A stretch of DNA of 64,000 nt from Candidatus Cloacimonadales bacterium (GCA_963665815.1 OY762463.1:1472001-1536000); one strand, 5' to 3'; shown: positions 1-11,338, numbered from the stretch's first letter. The notes: a model not told the origin generated them from the letters alone. Translations and numbers: made by a program.

Positions 1-46
1 TCCGGATATGAGACGATGATTAAAGCTAAGCTGAACGAGTTAAATT

Positions 47-637
47 ATGAATAAAATGATTTTTGAAATAGAGCAGTTCCTGCTGAATAATAAGCTTCAC
101 CCGAGAAAAATGGGTAACACTCTGAAAGTCTTCAATCAGAATGAAGGTATAAAATTTGTGTTCTCAGAACATCCTGACTTCAAGTTTCTTACTAATTCTC
201 TTAATCTTATTGATCAGGATACAGATGTCTATATTGTCGCATCAAATGCTTTTCCTCAGATAAACGAATTTTCAGAAATCTGCGGTAGACTCCGAGTAGG
301 ACTTATATTATACGATTCGGCATCAACAGGACAAAAAATCAGAATCATATATCATAGTAAGCGGGAATCATCAAAACTATTCTTAAACAAGCTTCAATTC
401 ATTACTCCCGGCACTGCTGACATCATTACAGATCTTCGTAGAGAATCAATAATCATTGCTAAGATATTGCTGAATTATGGAGCAGTAAAACCTGCAAAAC
501 TCAGGGCTGAAGGAGCAAAGGGAAATATACTTAAAATCCTTGCTAAAAACAGCTACGGATGGTTTGTGAGAACTACAGGTGACAAATATGCTCTTTCAGA
601 AAAAGGTAAGAAAGAAATTGATTTCTTTAAGGAATAG
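47..637 (+). CDS. Hypothetical protein with a DUF2161-like C-terminus
   Basis: C-terminal 'ILAKNSYGWFVRTTGDKYALSEKG' resembles the DUF2161 N.YGWF.R...G.Y.L motif; the N-terminus is divergent. Confidence 0.5.
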   Translation: MNKMIFEIEQFLLNNKLHPRKMGNTLKVFNQNEGIKFVFSEHPDFKFLTNSLNLIDQDTDVYIVASNAFPQINEFSEICGRLRVGLILYDSASTGQKIRIIYHSKRESSKLFLNKLQFITPGTADIITDLRRESIIIAKILLNYGAVKPAKLRAEGAKGNILKILAKNSYGWFVRTTGDKYALSEKGKKEIDFFKE

Positions 638-638
638 T

Positions 639-1400
639 CTAACTGAATCTTGCAATCAAAAGATCGAATGCACCAGCCAGCTTTAGTACAGCAACAACAA
701 TTGATACCATAATCACGTATTTAATGAACTTATCACCTTTCTTGATTGCAGAATGAACACCAATCTGTCCACCAATAATATTTCCTATTCCCAATGGAAT
801 TGCGTAAGTCCAGTTGATCTTCCCGGACACGATGAAAATTGAAAGTGCTATAACTGTATAAATCATGATAATATTAAGTTTTAAGGCGTTTATCTCCAGC
901 AGATCCATATCATCCATTATAAATTGCAGAACAGCAATAAGCAGTAAACCAACACCAAGTTGAATGAATCCACCATAGAATCCTGCGATAAAAAGCAGCA
1001 CATAATGCCAGAAACGAGATTTAGTATGATGAGACAGTTTCTTCTTATTTGGCATGAAGTTCATGATGATCACAAACACAAGAACAACTATCAGAACTTT
1101 ATCGAATACTGCAGCTGAAACATACTTTGCCAGCAGTGTACCACAGATACCTCCAATAATTACAGGGGCAACAATGTACTTCTTTTCCTTTATGGGGACT
1201 ATCCCATGTCTGTACAAAGAAAAGAGGCTTGTAATTTTGTGAGAGAATATTCCAACTCTGTTTGTTGCGTTTGCTATATTTGAAGGAAGCCCGAACATTA
1301 TCATAAATGTAAGAGAAAAAACAGAGCCTCCCCCGGACATTGTGTTAATAAATCCGGCAATACCTCCACCTATAACCAAAAGTATAAATTGTAATATCAT
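639..1400 (-). CDS. Sulfite exporter TauE/SafE family membrane protein
   Basis: Hydrophobic 253 aa with 'AGFINTMSGGG', 'ANATNR' and 'GFYGGFIQLGVG' motifs. Confidence 0.85.
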   Translation of the reverse strand: MILQFILLVIGGGIAGFINTMSGGGSVFSLTFMIMFGLPSNIANATNRVGIFSHKITSLFSLYRHGIVPIKEKKYIVAPVIIGGICGTLLAKYVSAAVFDKVLIVVLVFVIIMNFMPNKKKLSHHTKSRFWHYVLLFIAGFYGGFIQLGVGLLLIAVLQFIMDDMDLLEINALKLNIIMIYTVIALSIFIVSGKINWTYAIPLGIGNIIGGQIGVHSAIKKGDKFIKYVIMVSIVVAVLKLAGAFDLLIARFS

Positions 1401-3121
1401 GATTTTCCGTATAAATAATCTAAAGTTTTAAGCATCCCGGCTTTCTTCAAGGCTTCAATAACATATTTCTTGTTACCTTTCTTGTACCACTGCACCAATG
1501 CTTTCATTAAACGGATCTCGCGACCTTTAGGATTGTTGATTTTCCTTCCGGTCTCAAAATCCTGACCTGTGAAATACATGCAGGTACTAACAGTCATTGG
1601 AGTAGGAGTAAACTCCTGAACCTGTTCAATCTTCATTCTATTCTTCCTAAGGAACACTGCCAAATCAACAGTATCCTTAAGAGTCTCCCCCGGATGACCT
1701 ACAATGAGGTATGGAATAACAAACTGTTTTTTACCTGCCTGAAGAGAAAATTTAGTGAACAGTTCAGTGAACAGTTCATACTGACTAATCCCGGGTTTAT
1801 ACATGTATTTCAGAACCCTTCCCGCAACATGCTCGGGCGCAAGTTTGAGATATCCTCCCGTACACTCCGCAGCAAGCAATTTGATAAAATCGTATGATTT
1901 AAGCCCCAGATCAAATCTTACTCCGGAAGACACTCTCACGTGAACTCCTGTCCTGAGCAGAGATTTCAATAGCTTCACGTATGATCTGTGGTCAGTATTA
2001 AGGTACTGACAAACATCAGGATACAAGCATGACCGTCTGTTGCATTCTTGACTGTTTGTGCATCCGGTACCATACATATTAGCTGTTGGACCTCCGGCAT
2101 CTGTTATTGTCCCGGAAAATCCACTTCGATTTATCAGGTTGCGTGCTTCCTGCATAACTGAATCCATGGATCTGGATTGAATATGTTTTCCCTGATGTGC
2201 TCCGATAGCACAAAAATTACATCCCCCGTAACACCCTCTATGTACTGTCAGGGAGTCTTTTATCTGTTCAAAAGCTGTAATCTTACCCTTGTTTTCAGGG
2301 TGTGGTCTATATTGAAAAGGCAGGCCATACAATCGATCCATTTCTTTTATAGTCAAAGGTTTTGCAGGAGTATTATGTTTTAGGTAGCGTCCTGCAAAAG
2401 CGATATAGAACTCATGATGCAGATGATTCCTGTAGAACAACTCGGTCATTTTCAGGAAACCTGCTTTTGTTTTGCACACATCAAATTCAGGAAGAAGAAT
2501 TGCATTTTCCGGGATATCTTTCACAAATTCGACAGTTCCGGGAATTGAGCAAAGCATCTCTTCATTCTTTTTTTTCTCAGCTATTTCCAGAATCTGCCTC
2601 TCGCCCATGCCGTATACAAGAAGATCTGCTCTGGAATCAAGAAGGACAGAATTTCGGATTTTGTCACTCCAGTAATCATAATGAGGTATTCTTCGCAAGC
2701 TGGCTTCAATTCCACCTATAACAATACATGAATCTTTAAACAATGCCCTTATTTTCTGAGAGTACTTGATTAAAGCTCGGTCTGGTCTTGTGTATTTCTT
2801 TTTTTCCGGAGTATATGCATCAGATGAACGAATCTTTTTCTGTGCGGTATACTTGTTAATCATCGAATCCATGTTCCCGGACGATATTCCAAAGAAGAGT
2901 CGTGGTTTCCCCAGCTTAAGAAAATCGTCATCTCCGGCAACATCTGGTTGAGATATTATTCCTACAGAATAACCTTCTGCTTCCAGTAATCTTCCAAGAA
3001 GTGCTATACCGAAAGAGGGATGATCAATATATGCATCACCTGTTATCAGGATAATATCGAATTGCTTTTCAGCGTTCTTTTTAGTAGATAGAAATTTATC
3101 TGAAGTTCTTACCAGAGTCAT
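1397..3121 (-). CDS. YgiQ/UPF0313 family radical SAM protein
   Basis: 'GDAYIDHPSFG', 'GNMDSM', 'RGCYGGCNFC' (CxxxCxxC), 'GGPTANMY' and 'FTPTPMT'. Confidence 0.92.
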   Translation of the reverse strand: MTLVRTSDKFLSTKKNAEKQFDIILITGDAYIDHPSFGIALLGRLLEAEGYSVGIISQPDVAGDDDFLKLGKPRLFFGISSGNMDSMINKYTAQKKIRSSDAYTPEKKKYTRPDRALIKYSQKIRALFKDSCIVIGGIEASLRRIPHYDYWSDKIRNSVLLDSRADLLVYGMGERQILEIAEKKKNEEMLCSIPGTVEFVKDIPENAILLPEFDVCKTKAGFLKMTELFYRNHLHHEFYIAFAGRYLKHNTPAKPLTIKEMDRLYGLPFQYRPHPENKGKITAFEQIKDSLTVHRGCYGGCNFCAIGAHQGKHIQSRSMDSVMQEARNLINRSGFSGTITDAGGPTANMYGTGCTNSQECNRRSCLYPDVCQYLNTDHRSYVKLLKSLLRTGVHVRVSSGVRFDLGLKSYDFIKLLAAECTGGYLKLAPEHVAGRVLKYMYKPGISQYELFTELFTKFSLQAGKKQFVIPYLIVGHPGETLKDTVDLAVFLRKNRMKIEQVQEFTPTPMTVSTCMYFTGQDFETGRKINNPKGREIRLMKALVQWYKKGNKKYVIEALKKAGMLKTLDYLYGKS

Positions 3122-3348
3122 TAATATCTGTCATTAACAGGATTAAGCCTTATAATGTTTATAGCTTGAACGCCTTTTTCAGTATCTATGAGGTCAAATT
3201 CAACTTCTTCGTCCTGAACAAGTGTCTTGAGTTCGCTTGGAGACTGAGTTACAATTGATTTCCAGTGTACGAAGTATTCACTTTTTTCTTCAGTTATTAT
3301 AAAACCGTAGCCCTTGTTTGCATTAAACCATTTTACTTTTCCGTTCAT
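3121..3348 (-). CDS. Cold-shock domain protein
   Basis: 'GKVKWFNANKGYGFI' (RNP1) and 'YFVHWKSI' (RNP2). Confidence 0.92.
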   Translation of the reverse strand: MNGKVKWFNANKGYGFIITEEKSEYFVHWKSIVTQSPSELKTLVQDEEVEFDLIDTEKGVQAINIIRLNPVNDRY

Positions 3349-3369
3349 TTTATTCCTTTTGTTATGGTA

Positions 3370-3395
3370 GAACGGCTCTCGAACGAGAGCCGTTC
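3370..3395 (-). terminator. Perfect inverted repeat between ppdK and the cold-shock gene (terminator or mRNA-stabilising hairpin)
   Basis: gaacggctctcg-aa-cgagagccgttc; no U-tract follows on the minus strand. Confidence 0.5.
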
Positions 3396-3407
3396 AATTA
3401 AATAATT

Positions 3408-6128
3408 CTATAAAGCTGCTTGAGCTGCAGCAAGTCTTGCTATTGGTACTCTATAAGGAGAGCAGCTAACGTAGTTCATACCAACTTTGTGGCAGAATGT
3501 TACTGATTGTGGTTCTCCACCGTGCTCACCACAGATTCCGACTTTAAGGTTTTCGCGTGTTGAACGACCTTTTTTAGTTCCCATTTCAACGAGTTGACCA
3601 ACACCTGTTTGATCAAGAACCTGGAACGGATCGTTTTTAAGGATTCCTTTTTCGAGATAGATAGGAAGGAATTTTCCAGCATCATCTCTGGAGTATCCAA
3701 ATGTCATTTGAGTAAGGTCGTTTGTACCGAATGAGAAGAATTCTGCTTCTTCAGCTACTTCATCAGCTGTAAGCGCAGCTCTAGGAATCTCAATCATTGT
3801 TCCAACCATATAATCGATTTTATCATTTCTTTCCGCAAATACTTTGTTGACTTCTTCAACAATTATTTGTTTCTGCAAAACAAACTCAGCTTTTGTACCA
3901 ATAAGCGGAACCATAATTTCAGGTAATGCTTTAATGCCTTTTGCTTTTACATTAAGAGCTGCTTCGATAATAGCTCTTGCCTGCATTCTTGTAATTTCAG
4001 GATATGTATTACCAAGACGGCATCCTCTATGCCCAAGCATAGGATTGAATTCAGCAAGTGATTCAACTTTATCTTTTACCTGTTGAACTGTGATGTTAAG
4101 TTCATCAGCCATAATTTGCTGGTTTTCATCTTCGTGAGGTACAAATTCGTGAAGAGGAGGATCAAGAAGTCTTACTGTAACAGGAAGTCCGTTCATTGCT
4201 TCAAAGATACCTTCAAAGTCGCTTCTCTGCATTGGAAGAAGCTTTTCGAGAGCAACTTCTCTTCCTGCTAAATCATCAGCGAGAATCATTTCTCTAACAG
4301 CTTTGATTCTGTCACCTTCGAAGAACATGTGTTCTGTACGGCAAAGACCGATACCTTGAGCTCCAAAGTTTCTTGCAACTTGTGAATCGTGAGGAGTATC
4401 TGCATTAGTTCTTACATGCATTTTTGTATATTTGTCACAGATATCCATGAGTTTTCCGAAATCTCCACCAAGCTCAGGATCTTTTGTGTCGATTTTGCCT
4501 GAATAAACTTCACCGGTTGAACCGTTAAGTGAAATCCAGTCACCTTCGTTATATGTTTTACCATCACAAATCATAGTTCTGGTTTTGTAATTGATTTTTA
4601 CAGATCCAGCTCCTGAAACGCAACATTTGCCCATTCCACGTGCAACAACCGCTGCGTGAGATGTCATACCACCACGTGCGGTGAGGATACCCTTAGCTAC
4701 ATTCATTCCTTTCAAATCTTCAGGTGATGTTTCGATTCTTACGAGAACAACATCTTTATTATCAGCGACCCATTCTTCTGCTTCATCAGCGAAAAATACA
4801 ATCTGACCAGTAGCCGCACCAGGTGATGCAGGAAGACCCTTGGCAATAACATCTGCTTTCGCAAGAGCATCTGTGTCAAATACAGGGTGAAGAAGTTCAT
4901 CAAGTTTATTTGGTTCAACTCTTTTAAGAGCTGTTTTTTCGTCGATCATACCTTCATCAAGCATGTCCATAGCGATTGAAACCATAGCAGCACCGGTTCT
5001 TTTTCCGGTTCTTGTCTGGAGTAACCACAGTTTTCCATCCTGAATAGTAAACTCAAGATCCTGCATATCTTTATAGTGATCTTCAAGTTTTCTCTGGATT
5101 TCATCAAGTTCTTTATATGACTCAGGCATAACTTCTTCGAGTGAAGGGAAGTTTTTAGCTCTTTCTTCTTCAGAAACCTGTGCTAACACAGCCCATCTTT
5201 TGGCGCCTTCAAGAGTAATTTGTTGTGGAGTTCTGATACCTGCAACAACATCTTCACCCTGAGCGTTTATCAGAAATTCACCGTTGAAAAGATTTTCACC
5301 GGTTCCAGCGTCTCTTGTAAATGCAACACCGGTAGCACTGCTGTTACCCATGTTTCCGTAAACCATTGACTGAACGTTTACAGCTGTTCCCCACTCTCCG
5401 GGGATCTTGTTGATTAATCTGTAATATTCCGCTCTTTCATTATTCCAGCTTTCGAATACTGCGAAGACTGCTCCCCAGAGCTGATCCCAAGGTGATGACG
5501 GGAAGTCTGACCCTGTTTGTTCTTTAACAGCTTTCTTGAATCTCAGAACAAGTTCTTTTAGATCTTCTGTTGTGAGTTCAATATCTTCTTCAACATTCTT
5601 TTCTTCTTTAATGTTTTCAATAATTTCTTCAAATGGATCGATGTCTTCTTTTGACTCAGGTTTCATACCAAGTACAACATCTCCGTACATTTGAACAAAA
5701 CGTCTGTAGGAATCCCAGGCAAATCTTGGATTACCTGATTTTTCAGAAAGACCTTCAACAACTTCGTCGTTCATACCAAGATTAAGGACAGTGTCCATCA
5801 TTCCCGGCATTGATACTCTTGCACCGGAACGAACAGATACGAGTAAAGGATTAATTTTATCACCGAATTTTGCTCCCATTATTTCTTCAACATGAGCAAT
5901 AGCTTTTTCAACTTCAGGTTTTAAAAGTTCAGTAACTTTTTCTTTACCAATAGTATTAAACTCTGTACATACTTCTGTTGTAATTGTGAAACCTGCAGGT
6001 ACAGGAACCCCGATAAGGTTCATTTCCGCAAGATTTGCACCTTTACCACCGAGAAGATTCTTCATTTCTGTTTTACCTTCGGCTTTTCCGTTACCAAATA
6101 GATAAACTCTTTTTTGAGTTTCGTTCAT
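3408..6128 (-). CDS. ppdK: Pyruvate, phosphate dikinase
   Basis: 'LLGGKGANLAEM', 'SVRSGARVSMPGMMDT', phospho-His motif 'GGMTSHAAVVAR', 'GICGEHGG'; 906 aa. Confidence 0.98.
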   Translation of the reverse strand: MNETQKRVYLFGNGKAEGKTEMKNLLGGKGANLAEMNLIGVPVPAGFTITTEVCTEFNTIGKEKVTELLKPEVEKAIAHVEEIMGAKFGDKINPLLVSVRSGARVSMPGMMDTVLNLGMNDEVVEGLSEKSGNPRFAWDSYRRFVQMYGDVVLGMKPESKEDIDPFEEIIENIKEEKNVEEDIELTTEDLKELVLRFKKAVKEQTGSDFPSSPWDQLWGAVFAVFESWNNERAEYYRLINKIPGEWGTAVNVQSMVYGNMGNSSATGVAFTRDAGTGENLFNGEFLINAQGEDVVAGIRTPQQITLEGAKRWAVLAQVSEEERAKNFPSLEEVMPESYKELDEIQRKLEDHYKDMQDLEFTIQDGKLWLLQTRTGKRTGAAMVSIAMDMLDEGMIDEKTALKRVEPNKLDELLHPVFDTDALAKADVIAKGLPASPGAATGQIVFFADEAEEWVADNKDVVLVRIETSPEDLKGMNVAKGILTARGGMTSHAAVVARGMGKCCVSGAGSVKINYKTRTMICDGKTYNEGDWISLNGSTGEVYSGKIDTKDPELGGDFGKLMDICDKYTKMHVRTNADTPHDSQVARNFGAQGIGLCRTEHMFFEGDRIKAVREMILADDLAGREVALEKLLPMQRSDFEGIFEAMNGLPVTVRLLDPPLHEFVPHEDENQQIMADELNITVQQVKDKVESLAEFNPMLGHRGCRLGNTYPEITRMQARAIIEAALNVKAKGIKALPEIMVPLIGTKAEFVLQKQIIVEEVNKVFAERNDKIDYMVGTMIEIPRAALTADEVAEEAEFFSFGTNDLTQMTFGYSRDDAGKFLPIYLEKGILKNDPFQVLDQTGVGQLVEMGTKKGRSTRENLKVGICGEHGGEPQSVTFCHKVGMNYVSCSPYRVPIARLAAAQAAL

Positions 6129-6581
6129 TTTTCCTCCAAGTGATTATTTATTAAAACTTTAAATATCATTGTTTTTTGCACGGTTAAATTAAGTTTACCC
6201 TTTTCTGTGTCAAGGGAATATTTACCATCTGTTTATGTTTCAATAACTAAAAAAAACTATCACTTAATTCTTCAGTGCAATTTCATTTACGACATTCATT
6301 TATTTGAATAGCTAATAGTTATCTCTATGTATGATCACAAATTAAACGCTTATACAATGATAATATTACAAAATATTCGAATAACACAAATCAATTATTC
6401 TTTTAACACTGTTTTTTTGTTTATAATTAATATTTAGTTATTTTGGGGTTAATTTTGACATTCATACTTCCGGAACATACATTATAGATAAATGAAATTA
6501 GTTGACAAAATGTATCATTATGTTTAGTAAATGATAATTTTGTATAATTAGGATATAAACAAAAAATAGACAGGTCTTACA

Positions 6582-9500
6582 ATGACATTAAAAAAAACTA
6601 TCATAATATCTTTGTTTTTGATATTAATTGTTAGCTTGAACTGCAACATATCTCTGACAGACGAAGAAAAACTTTTTCTAAGTGAAAAACAGGAAATTGT
6701 TTTTGTCGGGCAAACAAATTATCCACCTTTTGAGTTCATTAATGAAAATAACATGTATGATGGAATGATTATAGAGCAAATCAGATGGATCAGTACAGAA
6801 CTGGGATTTAAAGCTGTTTTTACTCATAAATCATTCTCGGAAGCACAAGCTGATGTCCTTTCGGGAAAAGCAGATGTAATCTCAAGCTTTTTCTACAGCG
6901 AAAAGCGTGACGAGGATTTCGACTTCACAGAAACAATTTATGATGTTCCGGCAATCATTTTCGTCAAAAAAGAAAGAACAGACATAAAAGATATTGCAGA
7001 CTTGAACAATAAAATTATAGCCATTCAAAAAGGTGACTACGCTGAAGAATATCTTAACAGCATGAACGTTCAGCATCGAGTATTATGGACCGACGACTTT
7101 GAAGAAGCATTATTCAGCGTTATTGACGGAACTGCTGATGCAATAATAGGTGACGAACAGATTGTACTTTATGAAATCTATAAGCAAAGACTGACTGACA
7201 AAATCAAAACCGTTGGCAGCCCTCTTTACATTGGACAGGACTGTATGGCTGTTAAAGAAGGAAACACAATTTTAGTAGACATCCTGAAAAAGGGGATTAA
7301 GCATTCTAAAGATTCCGGAGTATATGCAAGAATCTATCAAAAATGGTTAGGTACTTCATTGAATCAGCAAAGTGACTTATGGGGCAAATATGCTAATACT
7401 ATAATTTACATCTCATTATTCATTATCTGTGTTTTCATTATAGCATTCATCTGGATAAAAAAACTGAAGATAGAAGTACATAAAAGAACTGTACAGTTAT
7501 CAACTGTTAACGAGGAGTTGAAACGAGAAATTGAAGAAAATTCAAAAGTTACTGAAAAGCTGTTTGAAAATGAGATGAAATTCAGAAACCTGAGTGAGCA
7601 AATGATGAATGGTGTTGCAGTTGTCAGAAATAACAGGTACATTTGGGTTAACAGCACATTTGAAACTGTAACAGGATTATCCAGAGATCAACTGATTGAC
7701 AACGAGCACAGAATATTCCGTTTCCCAAAAAACAGAATAGATTCCGACCTTGTTAAATGGAATGATATTGTGAAGCACCATGAAGGAAAAACTTTTGAGG
7801 CCGAAGTAATGACAAGAGATGAAAAAATTTATGTCGATATTTCAATGAAAACTATTACTTTTGGCAAAGAATCCGCAATACAGATAATTATATCAGACAT
7901 TACAGCCCGTAAAAATGCCGAGTTAAAATTAATAGACATTTCGGATAAGAACAAAGCACTGCTTGACTCAATTCCGGACCTTATGTTCGTACATGATATT
8001 GATGGAAAGATAATAGATTTTAATTCAAAGGGAAATACTGTACTGTTACTTCCAGAAAGAGATGTAATTAATACTGACTTATCTGATCTTCCGCTTTCAA
8101 ACGAAACAATTGAACTTGTAATAGAAAATATCAGAGAGGCATTAAGAACCGGAGAAACCCAAACCGTCCGATATAGTTTTTCTTTAAATAGCAATGAAAT
8201 GTACTATGAAGCAAAAATCAGCCGACTTAACGATACTCAGGCGTTATCGCTTGTTAGGGATGTTACTCAAACAATGGAGTTACTGGAAGCTGTTGAGAAA
8301 GACAGAGAGTTTCTTTCCGTTACATTAGATTCTATCGGTGATGCGGTTATAATATGCGATACAAACGGAAACATCCTTTTGCTGAATAAAGTAGCAGAAG
8401 ATCTTACAGGATTCTACCGAAGTGAATGTGAAGGATCAAATCTTGAAGAAGTATTTAAAGTCGTTAACAACAAAACAGGCAATACAATTATCAGTCCGGT
8501 CAGAAAAGTACTTGATACAGGCAAAATCCAAGGAGTTCAGGATAGCTCCATACTCATTTCACGAACTGGCAGAAAGTACTCAATATCTACTAATGCTGCT
8601 CCAATTGTTACAAAAGACGGTAATATTCTGGGAGTTGTACTGGTGTTCAGAGATGAAACCCAGAAAAGAAGAATAGAAGAAGAAGCCAGCAAGGCTCAGA
8701 AACTGGAATCTATTGGAATTCTTGCAGGCGGTATAGCCCACGACTTTAATAACATACTGACTGCTATTAATGGAAACATATCTCTGGCAAGACTCATTGA
8801 GGATGAAGAAAAAAAAGGGAAGTACCTTTCTCACGCAGAAAAAGCCGTTGAACAAGCCAAGAAACTGTCCATGCAGCTTCTTACATTTTCCAAAGGTGGG
8901 GATCCAATAAGAGAAACTGTTTCCATAAAAGAGATTATTGAAGATTCTGCCGGATTTGTTCTGCGAGGATCAAAAGTAAAATGCAATCTGACTTTTCAGG
9001 AAGATCTGAAACCGGCCTCACTCGATAAGGGACAGTTCAGTCAAGTTATACAGAACATTGTTCTCAATGCTAATCAAGCAATGCCTGATGGCGGATCCAT
9101 AGATATAAAAGCATCAAATGCAATCCTTTCAGATAGTAATGATTATGCTCTTGCCGGAGGTGACTACGTAAAAATAGAGATTCGTGATTCAGGAGGCGGT
9201 ATATCTCAAGAAAACCTGGAAAAGATATTCGATCCTTATTTCACTACAAAAACAGATGGACATGGACTCGGATTGGCAATTGTGTATTCAATTATAAAGA
9301 AACATCATGGTCTAATTACATTTGAATCCATAGTCGGACATGGAACAATCGTGACAATATTGCTCCCATCAGCAGACAAGAAATTTGAGAGAATCGATGA
9401 AGAACCTGACACAACGCCTGACGGGAAAGGACATATCCTTATTATGGATGATAATGATGACGTTCGGGCAATTATCGGAAGCTCTCTCAACTACTTAGGG

Positions 9501-9830
9501 TATACCTATTCTGAAGCTGACGATGGACTGGCAGCAATAGAAATCTATAAAAAAACATTGAATTCCTCTAAGAGATTCGATGCAGTATTGATGGACCTTA
9601 CTGTTCCTGGTGGCATGTCCGGAAAAGAAGCTGTTCAGGAGATACTTAAAATTGACCCCAATGCGCAAGTTATTGTTATAAGTGGCTATTCCCGCGATCC
9701 TATATTAGCCAATTACAGCGACTACGGTTTTGTGGGCAAACTGGTTAAACCTTTCCAGATGCAGGAGATGAAAGAAGTTCTGAATAAAGTTATTAAGAAG
9801 GATGAAATGCATCAAAATCCCCAGTTGTAA
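6582..9830 (+). CDS. Hybrid sensor histidine kinase (periplasmic substrate-binding, PAS x3, HisKA, HATPase, receiver)
   Basis: 'YPPFEF' binding domain, TM segment, 'GGIAHDFNNIL', 'FDPYFTTK..GHGLGL', receiver 'ILIMDD...MDLTVPG...KPF'. Confidence 0.93.
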   Translation: MTLKKTIIISLFLILIVSLNCNISLTDEEKLFLSEKQEIVFVGQTNYPPFEFINENNMYDGMIIEQIRWISTELGFKAVFTHKSFSEAQADVLSGKADVISSFFYSEKRDEDFDFTETIYDVPAIIFVKKERTDIKDIADLNNKIIAIQKGDYAEEYLNSMNVQHRVLWTDDFEEALFSVIDGTADAIIGDEQIVLYEIYKQRLTDKIKTVGSPLYIGQDCMAVKEGNTILVDILKKGIKHSKDSGVYARIYQKWLGTSLNQQSDLWGKYANTIIYISLFIICVFIIAFIWIKKLKIEVHKRTVQLSTVNEELKREIEENSKVTEKLFENEMKFRNLSEQMMNGVAVVRNNRYIWVNSTFETVTGLSRDQLIDNEHRIFRFPKNRIDSDLVKWNDIVKHHEGKTFEAEVMTRDEKIYVDISMKTITFGKESAIQIIISDITARKNAELKLIDISDKNKALLDSIPDLMFVHDIDGKIIDFNSKGNTVLLLPERDVINTDLSDLPLSNETIELVIENIREALRTGETQTVRYSFSLNSNEMYYEAKISRLNDTQALSLVRDVTQTMELLEAVEKDREFLSVTLDSIGDAVIICDTNGNILLLNKVAEDLTGFYRSECEGSNLEEVFKVVNNKTGNTIISPVRKVLDTGKIQGVQDSSILISRTGRKYSISTNAAPIVTKDGNILGVVLVFRDETQKRRIEEEASKAQKLESIGILAGGIAHDFNNILTAINGNISLARLIEDEEKKGKYLSHAEKAVEQAKKLSMQLLTFSKGGDPIRETVSIKEIIEDSAGFVLRGSKVKCNLTFQEDLKPASLDKGQFSQVIQNIVLNANQAMPDGGSIDIKASNAILSDSNDYALAGGDYVKIEIRDSGGGISQENLEKIFDPYFTTKTDGHGLGLAIVYSIIKKHHGLITFESIVGHGTIVTILLPSADKKFERIDEEPDTTPDGKGHILIMDDNDDVRAIIGSSLNYLGYTYSEADDGLAAIEIYKKTLNSSKRFDAVLMDLTVPGGMSGKEAVQEILKIDPNAQVIVISGYSRDPILANYSDYGFVGKLVKPFQMQEMKEVLNKVIKKDEMHQNPQL

Positions 9831-10049
9831 AGAAACGAAATATTGTGTCTCTACATTGGCGATGTGAAACATCTCTATTAATTCTCCTCCCATAGTGTTC
9901 TCGATCTATCGAGAATACCAGAAACAAGTGGAGGAGTACTCTGCTTGTGGTGGGAGGTAGTTTATATCACAATTTGATTATGTGTTACCTATGTCCCGTT
10001 TGCACACAAAATCATTGACACGACTAATCTAATTTATGAACTCATAAAC

Positions 10050-10265
10050 ATGAAACTATGGTATAATCCCGAACTTAAAGAAAAAGCAAAGATGTTGAGA
10101 AGTAATTCAACGTTGGCAGAAGTACTTTTCTGGAACCAGTTAAGGGACAAGAAATTATGGTATGATTTTCACCGACAGAAACCAATCGACTATTATATTG
10201 TGGATTTCTATTGCCCGAAGTTGAATCTTATAATCGAAATTGACGATTCCGATTACAAAGATTAA
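10050..10265 (+). pseudogene. Truncated DUF559 (Vsr-like endonuclease) gene, copy 1
   Basis: 'AKMLRSNSTLAEVLFWNQLR...FHRQKPIDYYIVDFYCPKLNLIIEID' stops just after IEID; the C-terminal third is missing. Confidence 0.75.
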
Positions 10266-10462
10266 AACCTTGCGAATGGTTGATAAACCTTCGCAATGGT
10301 TGCCAAGTGAAGCAGAATCTCACCATTCGCATGGTCAAAAGACCATTGCGAGGGTGGAAGAAAAAATCTTGCGTTTTTACACAGTCTGTCAGTCTATTTT
10401 GTTACCTGTGTCACGTTTGTACAAATCATTGACAAGTGTGCAAATATGACAAGAATATAAAC

Positions 10463-10532
10463 ATGAAACTATGGTATAATCCCGAACTTAAATCTTATAA
10501 TCGAAATTGATGATTCCGATTACAAAGATTAA
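10463..10532 (+). pseudogene. Internally deleted DUF559 copy
   Basis: Same start (atgaaactatggtataatcccgaactt) fused directly to the 3' end (aatcttataatcgaaattga). Confidence 0.75.
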
Positions 10533-11338
10533 GACCTTGCGAATGGTTGATAAACCTTCGCAATGGTTGCCAAGTGAAGCAGAACCTCACCATTCGCAAG
10601 GTCAAAAGACCATTGCGAAGGTGGAAAAAAACCTTGCGTTTTTTACACAGTTTGTCTGTCTACTTTGTTACCTATGTCCTGGGTTTGAGCATTGTATTGA
10701 TACACACCCCGTCCACCTTCGGTGTCCACCCCTCTTGATAGATGGGAGTTACGACGCTCATGCGTCGATTGGGATTTATGTAGTCCTTAAATCCTGTAGA
10801 TCATGGTTCATAATATTTATTGAGACAACCGTCCGGTTGCCTCTTAGCGATTGGCAGAGCTGCTGAGTATATGAACACCGTAGAGAGGTAGCATGCAACG
10901 TCTAAGGTTAGGAGACACAAAATATTGTGTCTCTACACAGCAGGTGATGCCTTACAGTTTTTGCAGACTATGTAAAAACGATTTATGATATGAAATTACT
11001 TTTTTGACGCAGGTTTTCCCGATTCTTCGTGACTCAACCAGCTTAAGCTACTGATAAAGATAGAGATGTATGCTCCCTGAGCGGAGTCGAAGGGGATTAG
11101 TTTTAAGTGAATGAGACGACAAAAATCAATTGCTCCCTGAGATACAAAACATTGCATTGCTAAAAAAATTCTCCTCCCCGTAGTGTTTCGATTTACCGAG
11201 AATACCAGAAACAAGTGGAGGAGTACTCTGCTTGTGGTGGGAGGTAATTGATATCACAATTTGATTATGTGTTACCCATATCCTCGGTTTGTGCACAAAA
11301 TCATTGACACGACTAATCTAATTTATGAACTCATAAAC

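Noticed and set aside
1-54. 3' end of an upstream gene (SGYETMIKAKLNELNYE*)
   Set aside because: Too short to identify or confirm.
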